Source: an uncultured Alphaproteobacteria bacterium
Lineage (GTDB): Bacteria; Pseudomonadota; Alphaproteobacteria; HIMB59; GCA-002718135
DNA: 64,000 nucleotides
NCBI GenBank assembly: GCA_902573325.1
Contig: CACGJH010000004.1
Coordinates: 49,285 to 113,284 of the forward strand
Reading direction: 5' to 3'
Shown: piece after piece, positions 42,249-56,155 of the stretch
Position numbering within the stretch: the first letter of the stretch is position 1
Layout of the letters: the number at the start of each line of letters is the position of its first letter
The notes under the pieces: generated by a model
Seen by the model: the letters and a program-made list of their open reading frames with translations, nothing else
Databases searched by the model: none
Told to the model about the DNA's origin: nothing
Position numbers and translations under genes: made by a program

Positions 42249-42718
42249 GTGATGATAGATATATTCTAGTTGTTGCAGATAATTCAGAAGAAATGAATAC
42301 AGCCCTTGAATATGCTTGTGCAAGATCAAAAAAAACAGGAAGAAAGATTATAATTGCAACATTCATAGAGCCTTTGGATGTTCTAACAACCAAGGGTGTT
42401 ACAGACATTATGAAAGAGGAAGCTAGAGAAGAAGCAGCAACAATTCTTAAAAAAGCTGCCTCATTTGTCCAAGAAAGAACAGGCGACTATCCTGCTCTCT
42501 CTTTAAGAGAGGGGGATACTATATCTGAATTAAAACAATTATTAGATGAGGAAAAAAATATTAATGTTCTTGTTTTAGCTGCCAATACTGATCCAAATAG
42601 TAAAAACCCTGGTCCAATAATAACTTCTCTGGTGAGTAATGAAATAACAAACCTAAGAATACCAATAATGATTGTACCTGGAAATTTATCATTTGAACAT
42701 ATTGCGCAAATAACTTAA
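42245..42718 (+). CDS. Universal stress protein (UspA) family
   Basis: 157 aa with ILVVADNSEEMNTALEYA..VLVLAAN.., the length and topology of a Usp alpha/beta fold. Confidence 0.65.
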   Translation: MSDDRYILVVADNSEEMNTALEYACARSKKTGRKIIIATFIEPLDVLTTKGVTDIMKEEAREEAATILKKAASFVQERTGDYPALSLREGDTISELKQLLDEEKNINVLVLAANTDPNSKNPGPIITSLVSNEITNLRIPIMIVPGNLSFEHIAQIT

Positions 42719-42722
42719 AAAA

Positions 42723-43358
42723 ATGTCTAAAGAGATAGCTAAAATATTAGTTGATATAAAGTCAATTAATTTTTCATTTGATAAATATTTTACTCTTACA
42801 TCAGGCTTGGCCAGTCCTGTTTATGTAGATTGTAGAAAAATTATTTCTTTTACAAAAGAAAGAAATTTTATAATTGATAAAGCCATAGATTATTTAACTA
42901 AAAATAATATTCAGACAGAAATTATTGCTGGTGGAGAGACCGCTGGAATTCCCTATGCTGCTTTTATTTCTCAAAAATTAGATAAACAAATGATTTACAT
43001 TAGAAAGAAAACAAAAGGTTTTGGAAAAAACAAACAAATTGAAGGTGAATTTGAAAATAATCAAAAAGCTCTTTTAGTTGAAGATCTAGCTACTGATGGA
43101 GGTAGTAAAATAATTTTTATTAACGCAATGCGTGAAGCAGGATTAAAAGTTAGAGATATATTTGTAATATTTTATTATGATATTTTTAATTTCAAAGAAT
43201 CAGAATTATTTAAATTAAATGTAAATATGCACTCACTGTGTACTTGGAAAGATATAATAAATTATATTGAAAGTGAAAAAATATATTCCGAAGATAAGAT
43301 TTCAAACTTAAAAGAATTTTTAGAAGATCCAGAAAAATGGAGAAGCAAGTATGCGTGA
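42723..43358 (+). CDS. pyrE: Orotate phosphoribosyltransferase
   Basis: 211 aa with F.LTSGLASPVYVDCR and the PRPP motif ALLVEDLATDGGS. Confidence 0.88.
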   Translation: MSKEIAKILVDIKSINFSFDKYFTLTSGLASPVYVDCRKIISFTKERNFIIDKAIDYLTKNNIQTEIIAGGETAGIPYAAFISQKLDKQMIYIRKKTKGFGKNKQIEGEFENNQKALLVEDLATDGGSKIIFINAMREAGLKVRDIFVIFYYDIFNFKESELFKLNVNMHSLCTWKDIINYIESEKIYSEDKISNLKEFLEDPEKWRSKYA

Positions 43359-43785
43359 AATAGTTGTTGTCAGTGGAGGTTTTGATCCAATTCACAGTGG
43401 TCATATAAAATTAATTAAAGAAGCTGCTAAACATGGTGAAGTTGTAGTTTTGCTAAATTCTGATTTATGGCTTCAAAAAAAGAAAGGTAAGGAATTTCTT
43501 CCTTTTATTGAAAGAACTATAATTATGAATGAGTTGAAAAATGTTATCGATGTTATAGAATTTGATGACGGAGATAAGACGTGCATCGATGGTCTTAAAA
43601 AAGTAAAAAATAAATATCCAAAATCAATTATTAAATTTGCAAATGGAGGTGATAGAAATAATAGTACAACACCAGAATCAATATTCTGTGAAAAAAACAA
43701 TATACAGTTACTTTGGGGTATAGGGGGTGACAATAAATCAAATTCTAGTTCATGGATTTTACAAAAATGGAAAGAAGATAATTAA
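43351..43785 (+). CDS. Small HxGH-family nucleotidyltransferase (cytidylyl/adenylyltransferase-like); substrate unknown
   Basis: 144 aa with VVSGGFDPIHSGHIKLI and a C-terminal ..GGDR..SSS. Overlaps pyrE by 8 nt (ATGCGTGA). Confidence 0.7.
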   Translation: MREIVVVSGGFDPIHSGHIKLIKEAAKHGEVVVLLNSDLWLQKKKGKEFLPFIERTIIMNELKNVIDVIEFDDGDKTCIDGLKKVKNKYPKSIIKFANGGDRNNSTTPESIFCEKNNIQLLWGIGGDNKSNSSSWILQKWKEDN

Positions 43786-44387
43786 GGATATAATTTTCTT
43801 GTAACCCAACCATCATTTTCCATACGGAATTCAAGTCTGTCATGCAATCTGAATGGCATATCTTGCCAAAATTCAATTAATACAGGCGCTACTAAGTAAC
43901 CATTCCAATGTGAAGGTCTTGGTATATCATTATCTGAAAATTTTTTTTCAAACTCTTCTACTCTTTTAGTTAATGTCGATCTATCATCTAGTTCTTCTGA
44001 CTGTAATGAAGCCCAAGCTCCTATTCTACTTCCTAATGGCCTTGAATTATAATATTCATCAGCTTCAGCGTTTGAAATTTGTGAAACATTACCTTCTATT
44101 CTAATTTGTCTTTGAAGTGTTTTCCAATGAAAATTTAAAGCTACACTATCGTTGTTTTTAATTGCTCTACCTTTTTTACTATTTGAATTTGTGTAAAAAA
44201 CAAACCCTTTATCATCATATGATTTAAGTAAAACAATTCGCGAGCTGGGTTTGCCATCAGAAGATATAGTAGCAAGGTTCATAGCATTTGGATCATTGAT
44301 TTCACTTTTCTTTGCCTCTTCAAACCATTCTTGAAAAAGTTCAATTGGTTTTTTATCAGAATTTATTAATTTTTGATTTGATTGCAT
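43782..44387 (-). CDS. pdxH: Pyridoxamine 5-prime-phosphate oxidase
   Basis: 201 aa with ..MNLATISSDGKPSSRIVLLK..RIEG..IEFWQDMPFRLHDRLEF. Confidence 0.92.
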   Translation of the reverse strand: MQSNQKLINSDKKPIELFQEWFEEAKKSEINDPNAMNLATISSDGKPSSRIVLLKSYDDKGFVFYTNSNSKKGRAIKNNDSVALNFHWKTLQRQIRIEGNVSQISNAEADEYYNSRPLGSRIGAWASLQSEELDDRSTLTKRVEEFEKKFSDNDIPRPSHWNGYLVAPVLIEFWQDMPFRLHDRLEFRMENDGWVTRKLYP

Positions 44388-44455
44388 ATTATAGATATGA
44401 ATATTATTTTATAAGTATATATATCTATATTTATAAAAAAACACTGATTTACAAT

Positions 44456-45283
44456 ATGTTAATGCAAAATAAAAAAGGTCTGATTATGGGAGTGGCAAAT
44501 GACAGATCTATTGCTTGGGGTATTGCGAAAAAATTAGCAGAACAGGGTGCAGAAATTGCACTTACTTATCAAGGTGAAGCTCTTAAGAAAAGAGTTCAGC
44601 CACTTGCAGAAGAAATAGGGTCTAACACTATTATTCCTTGTGATGTTTCAGACTCACAAAGTATGAATAACGTTTTTGAAACACTTAAAAATAAATGGGG
44701 TGAATTAGATTTTCTTGTTCATGGAATTGGTTTTTCCAACAAAGATGAATTAAGAGGTAAATATTACAATACATCTTCTGATAATTTTAAACAAACTATG
44801 CATATATCATGTTATTCTTTTACAGAAGCTTGTAGGCTAGCAGAACCTTTAATGAATAATGGTGGATCAATTTTAACTTTAACATATTATGGATCAGAAC
44901 AAGTTATGCCTCATTATAATGTTATGGGAGTTGCAAAAGCAGCTTTAGAAGCAAGTGTTAGATATTTAGCAGTTGATTTGGGAGAAAAAAATATAAGAGT
45001 TAATGCTATTAGTGCTGGGCCAATTAAAACTTTGGCAGCATCAGGAATAGGTGATTTTAGATTTATTCTAAAATGGAACGAGCTTAATGCTCCACTTAAA
45101 AGAAATGTAAATCAGCAAGATGTTGGAAATTCTGCTTTGTATCTCTTAAGTGATCTCGGGAGTGCCGTTACTGGTGAGATACAACACGTCGATTGTGGTT
45201 ATCATACTGTAGGAATGGTTGCAGTTGATGAGAGTGAAAGTGTTTCAGAATTATTAGGTGAATTTACAAATTCTAAAAAATGA
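44456..45283 (+). CDS. fabI: Enoyl-ACP reductase (NADH) FabI
   Basis: The track ORF begins at 44312, inside the pdxH gene and intergenic DNA. ATG 44456 gives [24 protein letters not shown].., the normal FabI N-terminus. [12 protein letters not shown] and [13 protein letters not shown] are present. Confidence 0.93.
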   Translation: MLMQNKKGLIMGVANDRSIAWGIAKKLAEQGAEIALTYQGEALKKRVQPLAEEIGSNTIIPCDVSDSQSMNNVFETLKNKWGELDFLVHGIGFSNKDELRGKYYNTSSDNFKQTMHISCYSFTEACRLAEPLMNNGGSILTLTYYGSEQVMPHYNVMGVAKAALEASVRYLAVDLGEKNIRVNAISAGPIKTLAASGIGDFRFILKWNELNAPLKRNVNQQDVGNSALYLLSDLGSAVTGEIQHVDCGYHTVGMVAVDESESVSELLGEFTNSKK

Positions 45284-46350
45284 CTTCTAATTCAATAGGA
45301 AAAATCTTTAACTTTACCACATGGGGAGAAAGCCATGGCAAAGCTATTGGTTGTGTTGTCGATGGAGTGCCATCAAACATAAATTTAACTGAAAAAGATA
45401 TTCAACCCTATTTAGATAAAAGAAAACCTGGTCAGTCAAAATTTACAACTCAAAGAAAAGAAGAGGATAAAGTTGAAATACTATCTGGAACTTTTGAGGG
45501 AAAAACAACAGGTCATCCTATTTCTCTAATTATCTACAATCAAGATCAGAGATCAAAAGATTATGGTGATATCAAAAGTAAATTTAGACCAGGTCATGCA
45601 GATTATACGTATTGGAAAAAATATGGCATAAGAGATTATAGGGGTGGTGGTAGATCTAGTGCTAGAGAAACTGCAATGAGAGTAGCAGCAGGGGCAATAG
45701 CAAGAAAAATCATAGAAAATAAAATTAAAAATCAAGTTATAATAACAGGTGCATTAATTCAAATAGGTAATCATAAAATTAATTATGATAATTGGAATAA
45801 TAATTTTATTCCAAAAAATAATTTTTGGAGTCCTGATAAAGAAATTATTAAAATATGGGAAAACGAAATACAAACTGCAAGAAAATCTGGCTCCTCTTTA
45901 GGTGCAATAATTGAAATTAGAGTGAAAGGTTTGCCAGCTGGATTAGGAGAACCTATTTATGAAAAAATAGACTCTGATATTGCTAAGGCATTGATGTCTA
46001 TTAATGCTGTTAAGGGAGTAGAAATGGGAAATGGATTTAGCAGTGTTTATGAAACTGGAATTTCTAATGTTGATGAAATGAGAATAAAAAATAAAAAACC
46101 TTTATTTCTTTCAAATAATAATGGTGGAGTTCTTGGGGGTATTACAACGGGCCAAGAATTAATTACTAGATTTGTAGTAAAACCTACAAGCTCAATATTA
46201 TCCCCAAAAAAAACAATTAATACAAAATTAAAAGAAACAACAATATCTACTAAAGGTCGTCATGATCCATGTGTTGGAATAAGAGCTGTTCCTGTTGGTG
46301 AAGCAATGGTTGCCACAACTATAGCTGATCATTGTTTAAGATTTCTTTAA
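45280..46350 (+). CDS. aroC: Chorismate synthase
   Basis: 356 aa with [34 protein letters not shown]. Confidence 0.96.
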   Translation: MTSNSIGKIFNFTTWGESHGKAIGCVVDGVPSNINLTEKDIQPYLDKRKPGQSKFTTQRKEEDKVEILSGTFEGKTTGHPISLIIYNQDQRSKDYGDIKSKFRPGHADYTYWKKYGIRDYRGGGRSSARETAMRVAAGAIARKIIENKIKNQVIITGALIQIGNHKINYDNWNNNFIPKNNFWSPDKEIIKIWENEIQTARKSGSSLGAIIEIRVKGLPAGLGEPIYEKIDSDIAKALMSINAVKGVEMGNGFSSVYETGISNVDEMRIKNKKPLFLSNNNGGVLGGITTGQELITRFVVKPTSSILSPKKTINTKLKETTISTKGRHDPCVGIRAVPVGEAMVATTIADHCLRFL

Positions 46351-47085
46351 AATACTATAAATCAAAAATTCTTTATTTCCTTTTGGTCCAGTTATTGGAC
46401 TTTCGACTAAACCTACAACTTCAGCCTTAATTGTTTTTTTAAACCAATTCGATATATCATTACATACTTGTTCATGAATCAATGGATCTTTCACAATACC
46501 TTTTTTCAAATTTATTTTATTAGTTTCAAATTGCGGCTTAATTAGTGAAATAATCTCAGCTTTACTTGATAAAAGCTTCAGGCTAGGTTCTATAACCTTT
46601 GTTAGACTAATGAAACTAACATCACAGACTACTAAATTAATTTTTTCATGAATTATTGAGTTATCTAAATATTTAGCATTAAAATTTTCTATACTAATAA
46701 TTTTTTTTTCTTTTTTTAATTTTTCATGAAGTTGATTTGTACCAACATCAATAGAATATATTTTTTTAGCGTTTTTTTTTAAAAGAACTTCTGTGAATCC
46801 ACCAGTTGATGAACCGATATCTAAACAAATTTTATTTTCAATATCAATCTTAAAATGATCAATCGCTTTGAGTAATTTAAATGCACCTCTTGATACCCAT
46901 GGAGGATGTAGTTGTTTAATTTTTATTTTTGAGTTTTCATTAAAACTGTTACCACTTTTGGTAATAATTTTATCGTTTACATAAACTTGACCGGCCATAA
47001 TCATAGATTGAGCCTTTGATTTAGTATCAGCTAAGTTTCTATCCATTAAAAGCTGATCAAGTCTTATTTTTAGATTTTTACTCAA
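46336..47085 (-). CDS. tlyA: TlyA-family rRNA 2-prime-O-methyltransferase (S4 domain + FtsJ-like)
   Basis: 249 aa with [30 protein letters not shown] and [14 protein letters not shown]. The start codon at 47085 is TTG. Confidence 0.88.
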   Translation of the reverse strand: MSKNLKIRLDQLLMDRNLADTKSKAQSMIMAGQVYVNDKIITKSGNSFNENSKIKIKQLHPPWVSRGAFKLLKAIDHFKIDIENKICLDIGSSTGGFTEVLLKKNAKKIYSIDVGTNQLHEKLKKEKKIISIENFNAKYLDNSIIHEKINLVVCDVSFISLTKVIEPSLKLLSSKAEIISLIKPQFETNKINLKKGIVKDPLIHEQVCNDISNWFKKTIKAEVVGLVESPITGPKGNKEFLIYSILKKS

Positions 47086-47094
47086 ATTTGAAAA

Positions 47095-47313
47095 TTACTT
47101 AAAATCTTCTTTTGTAACTTTATTGTTTTCTTGCTTAATTTTTTTAATTTGACTTTCAATGCTTTTTAATTTTTCCTCACATGCTTTTTTTAAATTCATT
47201 CCTTCTTCGTAAAGTTTTACAGATTCTTCTAAATCAACTTCACCATTTTCTAATTTCTCCACAATAGACTCAAGTTTTTTTAAGTTGTTTTCAAAATTAT
47301 TATCTTTATTCAT
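47095..47313 (-). CDS. xseB: Exodeoxyribonuclease VII small subunit
   Basis: FENNLKKLESIVEKLENGEVDLEESVKLYEEG. I chose ATG 47313 because it gives an ATGAATAA junction with the upstream ORF. ATG 47322 is also possible. Confidence 0.85.
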   Translation of the reverse strand: MNKDNNFENNLKKLESIVEKLENGEVDLEESVKLYEEGMNLKKACEEKLKSIESQIKKIKQENNKVTKEDFK

Positions 47314-47599
47314 TAGATGCATCTATTTTTGTAATATTTGATGTTTCTATATCATATATTAAAGCATAAACTTTATCATTACTTTTTATTGTAAACAAAA
47401 TCTGATTATTATAAATCATATCTATATCTGTAATTTTATGCCCTTTTTCTAAATTTAAATTATATTCAATTAAATTTGTTTCTAAATTACTTTGTTTTTT
47501 TGTTGTTTTTATATACAAACCATAAACTAGAGCTAAAAAACAAATAACAATTAATATACCTAAAAATATTACAATAAATTTAAGAATTTTTTGAGACAT
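47306..47599 (-). CDS. Hypothetical membrane-anchored protein
   Basis: 97 aa with an N-terminal TM segment (KFIVIFLGILIVICFLALVYGLYI) and a domain of about 60 aa. No homology recognised. Coupled to xseB. Confidence 0.5.
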   Translation of the reverse strand: MSQKILKFIVIFLGILIVICFLALVYGLYIKTTKKQSNLETNLIEYNLNLEKGHKITDIDMIYNNQILFTIKSNDKVYALIYDIETSNITKIDASNE

Positions 47600-48569
47600 G
47601 AACGAATTCTATAATCTTAAATTAACTATAAATAAACAATTAAGTTCACAAAGATTAGATAAAGTGCTCGTTTCAAAATTGGAAGGATATTCAAGAACAC
47701 AAATTAAAACTTTAATATTAAATGGCAATGTATGTCTTAATGAAAAGGAAATAAAAGATCCATCTTACATAACTAAAGAAAATGAAAATTACTTTATAAA
47801 TATTATCTTAAAGCAAGAAACAAAACATTCAGCTGAAAATATAGACTTAAACGTTATTTTTGAAGATGAAGATTTAATTGTTATAAATAAACCTCCAAAT
47901 TTAGTAATGCATCCAGCTCCTGGAAATGAAAGCGGCACTCTTGTGAATGCTCTTATGCATTACACTAATAATCAACTAAGTAATTTAGATGATAATTCTA
48001 GACCAGGAATAGTCCATCGTTTAGATAAGGATACGAGTGGAATTCTTGTTGTTGCTAAAAATAATTATGTTCATATTAATTTAGCCAAACAATTCAAAGA
48101 ACATACAATATCTCGAAGATATAAAGCAATTGTTTGGGGAACTCCTGATAATCAATCAATTGAAGGGTACATAGAGAGAAATAAAAAAAATAGAAAAAAA
48201 ATGAGTTTAAATAATAGAGGTTTTGGAAAATATTCTAAAACTGATATTAAATTAGAAAAAACTTTTGGTATTGCTAGTTTAGTTGACTGTCATTTACATA
48301 CTGGAAGAACACATCAAATTAGACTTCATTTAACTTCTAAAAATTCTCCAATCATTGGTGATAAGATTTATGGAAAAAGTAAAATTAATCAATTTGGAAA
48401 AGATAAAAATACATTTAATAAATTCATGATTTTAAAAAATTTTGAAAGACAAGCATTGCATGCTTATCATCTTGGTTTTGATCATCCTACATCAAAAAAA
48501 AGGATGGATTTTGATATTGAAATTCCTGAAGATTTTAAGAATTTAATTGAATTATTGCTTAAATATTAA
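47598..48569 (+). CDS. rluD: RluA-family 23S rRNA pseudouridine synthase (RluD-like)
   Basis: 323 aa. S4 domain (QRLDKVLVSKLEGYSRTQIKTLILNGNV) and catalytic HRLDKDTSGILVVAK. Confidence 0.9.
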   Translation: MNEFYNLKLTINKQLSSQRLDKVLVSKLEGYSRTQIKTLILNGNVCLNEKEIKDPSYITKENENYFINIILKQETKHSAENIDLNVIFEDEDLIVINKPPNLVMHPAPGNESGTLVNALMHYTNNQLSNLDDNSRPGIVHRLDKDTSGILVVAKNNYVHINLAKQFKEHTISRRYKAIVWGTPDNQSIEGYIERNKKNRKKMSLNNRGFGKYSKTDIKLEKTFGIASLVDCHLHTGRTHQIRLHLTSKNSPIIGDKIYGKSKINQFGKDKNTFNKFMILKNFERQALHAYHLGFDHPTSKKRMDFDIEIPEDFKNLIELLLKY

Positions 48570-48599
48570 ATTATATTTTATTTATGATATAGGCGTATT

Positions 48600-51827
<3,228 letters not shown>

Positions 51828-51835
<8 letters not shown>

Positions 51836-53183
51836 GATAAGGCCTTACTAATCTTTTTATCTCTAAAGACTTCTTTTTTACCTCTGTAATTTCTCGCCCT
51901 TCAACTAGTATTCTTACTAATGGTTCAGTTCCAGAAAACCTAACAAGAGATCTTATTTTTTTATTATTATATAGTTTATCATTTTTTAACTTACCAAGAA
52001 TTTTCAACAGTTTAGCATTCTTTGTTTTATACGTTAAGTTAATTTTATCTTGAGGAAAATCATTGTACAAATCAAAAAGTTTACTTGCTTTATTTTTATT
52101 TGATATCAAAATTTCAGTAATTTTTAGAGCTGCTAAAATTCCATCGCCAGTATTAGAGTGTTCTGACAATATTATATGTCCTGATTGTTCACCGCCAATC
52201 ATAGATTTGGATTTTTTCATTTGATTTATAACGTTTATATCTCCAACAGCTGTTCGTTTGATATTTAATTTTAATTTATTTGTAAGATAATTTTCTAATC
52301 CCATGTTAGACATGACTGTTATAATAACATCATGCTGGTTACTTTTTTTCTTTGGTTTTACATAACTTTTACATAGTAATCCTATAATCTTATCACCATC
52401 AACTTCATTTCCTTTTTCATCTACAACTATTAATCTATCTCCATCACCATCAAATGCAAATCCAACATCTGCTTTTTCTTTTATAACATTTTGTGAAAGT
52501 GATTTAACGTCAATTGCGCCACAATTTTTATTAATATTCAAACCATCGGGGTTATTATTTATGGCTATTACATTATGACCTAATTCCCAAAATAAATTTG
52601 GGGCTATATTGTATGTAGCTCCATTCGCACAATCCAAAACAATTTTTATTTTTTTCTTGGATGACGTTTTATTTAAAGTACTCTTTAAAAATTCTGAGTA
52701 CCTGCCTGAAGCATCTTCTAGTCTTTTTGCATTTCCAGATACAAATGTATTGTTTGTTACTTTAGAATATTTTTTATTATTTAAAACTATATTTTCAACT
52801 TTTTGTTCTATTGATGAACTTAATTTTGTTCCAGTACTGTCAAAAAATTTAAGCCCGTTATATTCATATGTATTATGAGAAGCTGTAATCATTACACCAA
52901 TATCAGCTCTTAAAGTTTTAATCATCAATGGTACAGCAGGTGTTGGAAGTGGACCAACTAAAATTACATCCATGCCCATAGAAATAAATCCAGCTGTAAC
53001 AAGTGGCTCGTATAAATAACCAGATAATCTTGTATCTTTACAGATGACAACCCTGCTATTTTTTGAGTTTTTCTTTTTGAGAAGAAATGCTACTGTCTTT
53101 GATATTTTTAGACAGGTTTCTGCAGAAAGAGGTTCTTCGTTAACTAAGCACCGTATGCCATCGGTACCAAAAATTTTAGACAT
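51828..53183 (-). CDS. glmM: Phosphoglucosamine mutase
   Basis: 451 aa with FGTDGIRC..ITASHNTYEYNGLKFF..FDGDGDRL. Confidence 0.95.
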
Positions 53184-53227
53184 TTAGGTCTTTTATTCAA
53201 AAAAATAAGTAAAGTGAAGTATTTAAA

Positions 53228-55132
53228 TTAATTAGCTGTTGCAGAAGCTGATCCACCAGTTTTAGGAACAGATGGCGATGTTTTTGGAGGAGTATTATCG
53301 ACATCATTTCCAAATTCATCCCTTGAAGGCTTAATACCATTCAATAAGTCTTTTATCTCATCACCTGTAAGTGTCTCATATTCGAGTAGACCTTTAGCTA
53401 TAATATGTAACTGATCAATATTATCATTAATAATCTTTCTAGCTTTAGTTTTAGCTTCTTCAATTAGACGCTTCACTTCTTCATCAATAAGTTGGGCTGT
53501 ATCGTCAGATAGATTTTTAGATTGTGTAACAGAGTGACCCAGAAATACTTCTTCTTGATTGTTTGTATATCTTATAAACCCTAATTTATCACTAAATCCA
53601 CATTCAGTAACCATCCTTCTAGCTAGATTAGTTGCCATTTGAATATCACCTACGGCTCCTGTTGCAACCTTATCTTTACCAAAAATAATTTCTTCAGAAA
53701 TTCTAGCAGCGACCATTTCAACTAATTGTGCCTCAAGCTGATCTTTTCTTTGGTGAACTTTATCTTTCTCAGGAACTGACATTACATATCCAAGTGCTCT
53801 GCCTGTTGGAATTATTGAGCTTTTATATATAGGATCTGATTCCTTACAGTGAATATTTGCAAGAGCATGTCCAGCTTCATGATATGCTGTTATTTCCTTA
53901 TCTTCTTTAGTCATTACCATAGATCTTCTCTCTGAGCCTAACATTACTTTATCTTTGGCATATTCAAAATCTTCTAATGTAACCATTCTTTTGTTTTTTC
54001 TAGCAGCCATTAAAGCTGCTTCATTAACTAGATTTGCTAGATCAGCTCCTGAAAATCCTGGTGTTCCTCTTGCTATAATTTTTGTGTCGAACTTAGGAGA
54101 AACTTTAATTTTTTTTATGTGTACTTTTAAAATTTTGTCACGGCCAAGTATATCTGGATTTGAAACTGTAACTTGTCTATCAAATCTTCCTGGTCTTAAT
54201 AAAGCAGGGTCTAATACATCAGGTCTGTTTGTTGCAGCAACAATTATAACTCCCGCGTTTGCCTCAAAACCATCCATTTCAACAAGTAGTTGGTTAAGTG
54301 TTTGCTCACGTTCATCATTACCACCACCAAGACCAGCACCTCTATGACGACCAACTGCATCAATTTCATCAATGAATATTATACAAGGAGCATTTTTCTT
54401 TCCTTGTTCGAACATATCTCTAACTCTACTTGCTCCAACACCAACAAACATTTCAACGAAGTCAGAACCAGAAATAGAAAAGAAAGGAACATTAGCTTCG
54501 CCTGCAATTGCTCTGGCTAGTAATGTCTTTCCTGTACCTGGAGGTCCAACTAAAAGAGCACCTCTTGGAATTTTTCCACCTAATCTAGAAAACTTTGAAG
54601 GATCTTTTAAAAACTCAACAACTTCTTCTAATTCTTGTTTAGCTTCATCAATACCTGCTACATCGTCAAATGTAACTTTACCAACTGCTTCATTTAATAA
54701 TTTTGCTTTAGATTTACCAAAGCCCATTGCTTTTCCGCCACCACCTTGCATTTGACGCATAAAGAAGATCCATACTCCAATTAAAAGCAGCATTGGGAAC
54801 CATGACAATAATACACTTAGTAGTGGATGCATTGAACGCTCTGATGGTTCAGCAGTTATTTTTACACCATTTTCATTTAACTTATCGACAAGATTTGGAT
54901 AATTTGGAGCGTAGGTACTAAATGAACGACCATCATCGAGAAAACCTGTTACCATATTTCCACTTATATTTACCTCAGAGACATTTCCACTTTCAGTAGC
55001 TGCTATGAAGTCAGAAAAAGGTATTTTTGAAGTATTTCTATTATTAGAAGATCCCTGGAAAAGATTGAAAAGCACAATTAAGAGCAACCCAATTATAATC
55101 CACAATACAACATTTTTACTGATGTTTTTCAT
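53228..55132 (-). CDS. ftsH: ATP-dependent zinc metalloprotease FtsH
   Basis: 634 aa. Two N-terminal TM segments, the AAA motif [13 protein letters not shown], and the zinc site HEAGHAL. Confidence 0.98.
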   Translation of the reverse strand: MKNISKNVVLWIIIGLLLIVLFNLFQGSSNNRNTSKIPFSDFIAATESGNVSEVNISGNMVTGFLDDGRSFSTYAPNYPNLVDKLNENGVKITAEPSERSMHPLLSVLLSWFPMLLLIGVWIFFMRQMQGGGGKAMGFGKSKAKLLNEAVGKVTFDDVAGIDEAKQELEEVVEFLKDPSKFSRLGGKIPRGALLVGPPGTGKTLLARAIAGEANVPFFSISGSDFVEMFVGVGASRVRDMFEQGKKNAPCIIFIDEIDAVGRHRGAGLGGGNDEREQTLNQLLVEMDGFEANAGVIIVAATNRPDVLDPALLRPGRFDRQVTVSNPDILGRDKILKVHIKKIKVSPKFDTKIIARGTPGFSGADLANLVNEAALMAARKNKRMVTLEDFEYAKDKVMLGSERRSMVMTKEDKEITAYHEAGHALANIHCKESDPIYKSSIIPTGRALGYVMSVPEKDKVHQRKDQLEAQLVEMVAARISEEIIFGKDKVATGAVGDIQMATNLARRMVTECGFSDKLGFIRYTNNQEEVFLGHSVTQSKNLSDDTAQLIDEEVKRLIEEAKTKARKIINDNIDQLHIIAKGLLEYETLTGDEIKDLLNGIKPSRDEFGNDVDNTPPKTSPSVPKTGGSASATAN

Positions 55133-55183
55133 CTACTTATTACATAGGAATTTATTATAAAAACACAATAGTTTTGTAGAAAA

Positions 55184-56155
55184 TTAAACAGTTTTTCTTA
55201 AAAATGTTAGAAAATCATCATTTTTTTTAACTATCATACCCTTAATATTAAAATTATTAAAATTTAATTTCTTCATTTCACTGATTAAGATTCTAGTTTT
55301 TTTTGATCGTGGCGCATTAGATTCATAAAATAAAAATTGATATATTCTTCGTATAATATTTTCAGAATTAATTTCATTCAAATTTTTCATATTATCAAGA
55401 CCAACAATAATTTTTTTACTATCAATCTTAATAATATTTTTGAGAAGTATCTCATATATCATTTGAATGAAATATGGTGAATAAAAAAGTATGCTCTCAA
55501 AATCTTTATTTATTTCTTTAATAGTTTTTTGGTCAGATTTTTTAAGAAAATTTCTTATTGTAGGACGAGTATAATCTAAATTAAAATTTGATGGATCATT
55601 AATATATTCTATTTTATTTTTCTTATTGTAGTTCAATAATGCATCTTTAGAAAAATTTAAAAGCGGTCTAATTATGCAAACTTTATTATAAAGTGAGAAT
55701 TCCGACATTGATTTTAAACCATAAAAGTCACTTCCAGCTATCTTTCTATTCAAAAAAGTTTCTAAATTATCATCTTTGTGATGAGCAACAAATAAATGCA
55801 AAAAATTATTTTTAATACAAAAATCTGTAAGTAAATTATAACGATTATTTCTAGCCTCATTCATACTTTTCTTACTAACATAATCTTTATCTACAGTTAG
55901 AATTTGTGAATTAATGTTGTTGTTATCCAAGTATGTAGAAATATATTTTGCTTCCTCTTTAGAATTTTTTCTAATACGATGATCAACGATTAAAGCCATC
56001 AAGTTTCCTTTTTTGTATTTTATAAAAGTATTTACAAGGAATAATAATGACATACTATCCGGACCACCTGAAACTGCGACAGCAACTGACGGGTTTTTTT
56101 CAAAAGTATATTTTTTTTCTATGTTTTTAATGAATTCTTTATTGGTGAGCTTCAT
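55184..56155 (-). CDS. tilS: tRNA(Ile)-lysidine synthase (short form)
   Basis: 323 aa with the PP-loop AVSGGPDSMSL and the canonical position upstream of ftsH. Confidence 0.85.
   Translation of the reverse strand: MKLTNKEFIKNIEKKYTFEKNPSVAVAVSGGPDSMSLLFLVNTFIKYKKGNLMALIVDHRIRKNSKEEAKYISTYLDNNNINSQILTVDKDYVSKKSMNEARNNRYNLLTDFCIKNNFLHLFVAHHKDDNLETFLNRKIAGSDFYGLKSMSEFSLYNKVCIIRPLLNFSKDALLNYNKKNKIEYINDPSNFNLDYTRPTIRNFLKKSDQKTIKEINKDFESILFYSPYFIQMIYEILLKNIIKIDSKKIIVGLDNMKNLNEINSENIIRRIYQFLFYESNAPRSKKTRILISEMKKLNFNNFNIKGMIVKKNDDFLTFLRKTV

Noticed and set aside
43210-43733. Minus-strand ORFs 43210-43404 and 43473-43733, opposite pyrE and the nucleotidyltransferase.
   Set aside because: They are antisense shadow ORFs within supported genes.
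44312-44455. 48-codon N-terminal extension of the fabI track ORF (MPLQTILEK..YIYIYKKTLIYN).
   Set aside because: The extension runs through the pdxH 5-prime end and the AT-rich divergent spacer. The conserved FabI N-terminus begins at ATG 44456.
53955-54755. Three overlapping plus-strand ORFs (130, 76 and 127 aa) opposite ftsH.
   Set aside because: They are antisense to the most conserved AAA-domain part of ftsH, with Ser/Pro/Thr-rich nonsense composition. There is no independent support.
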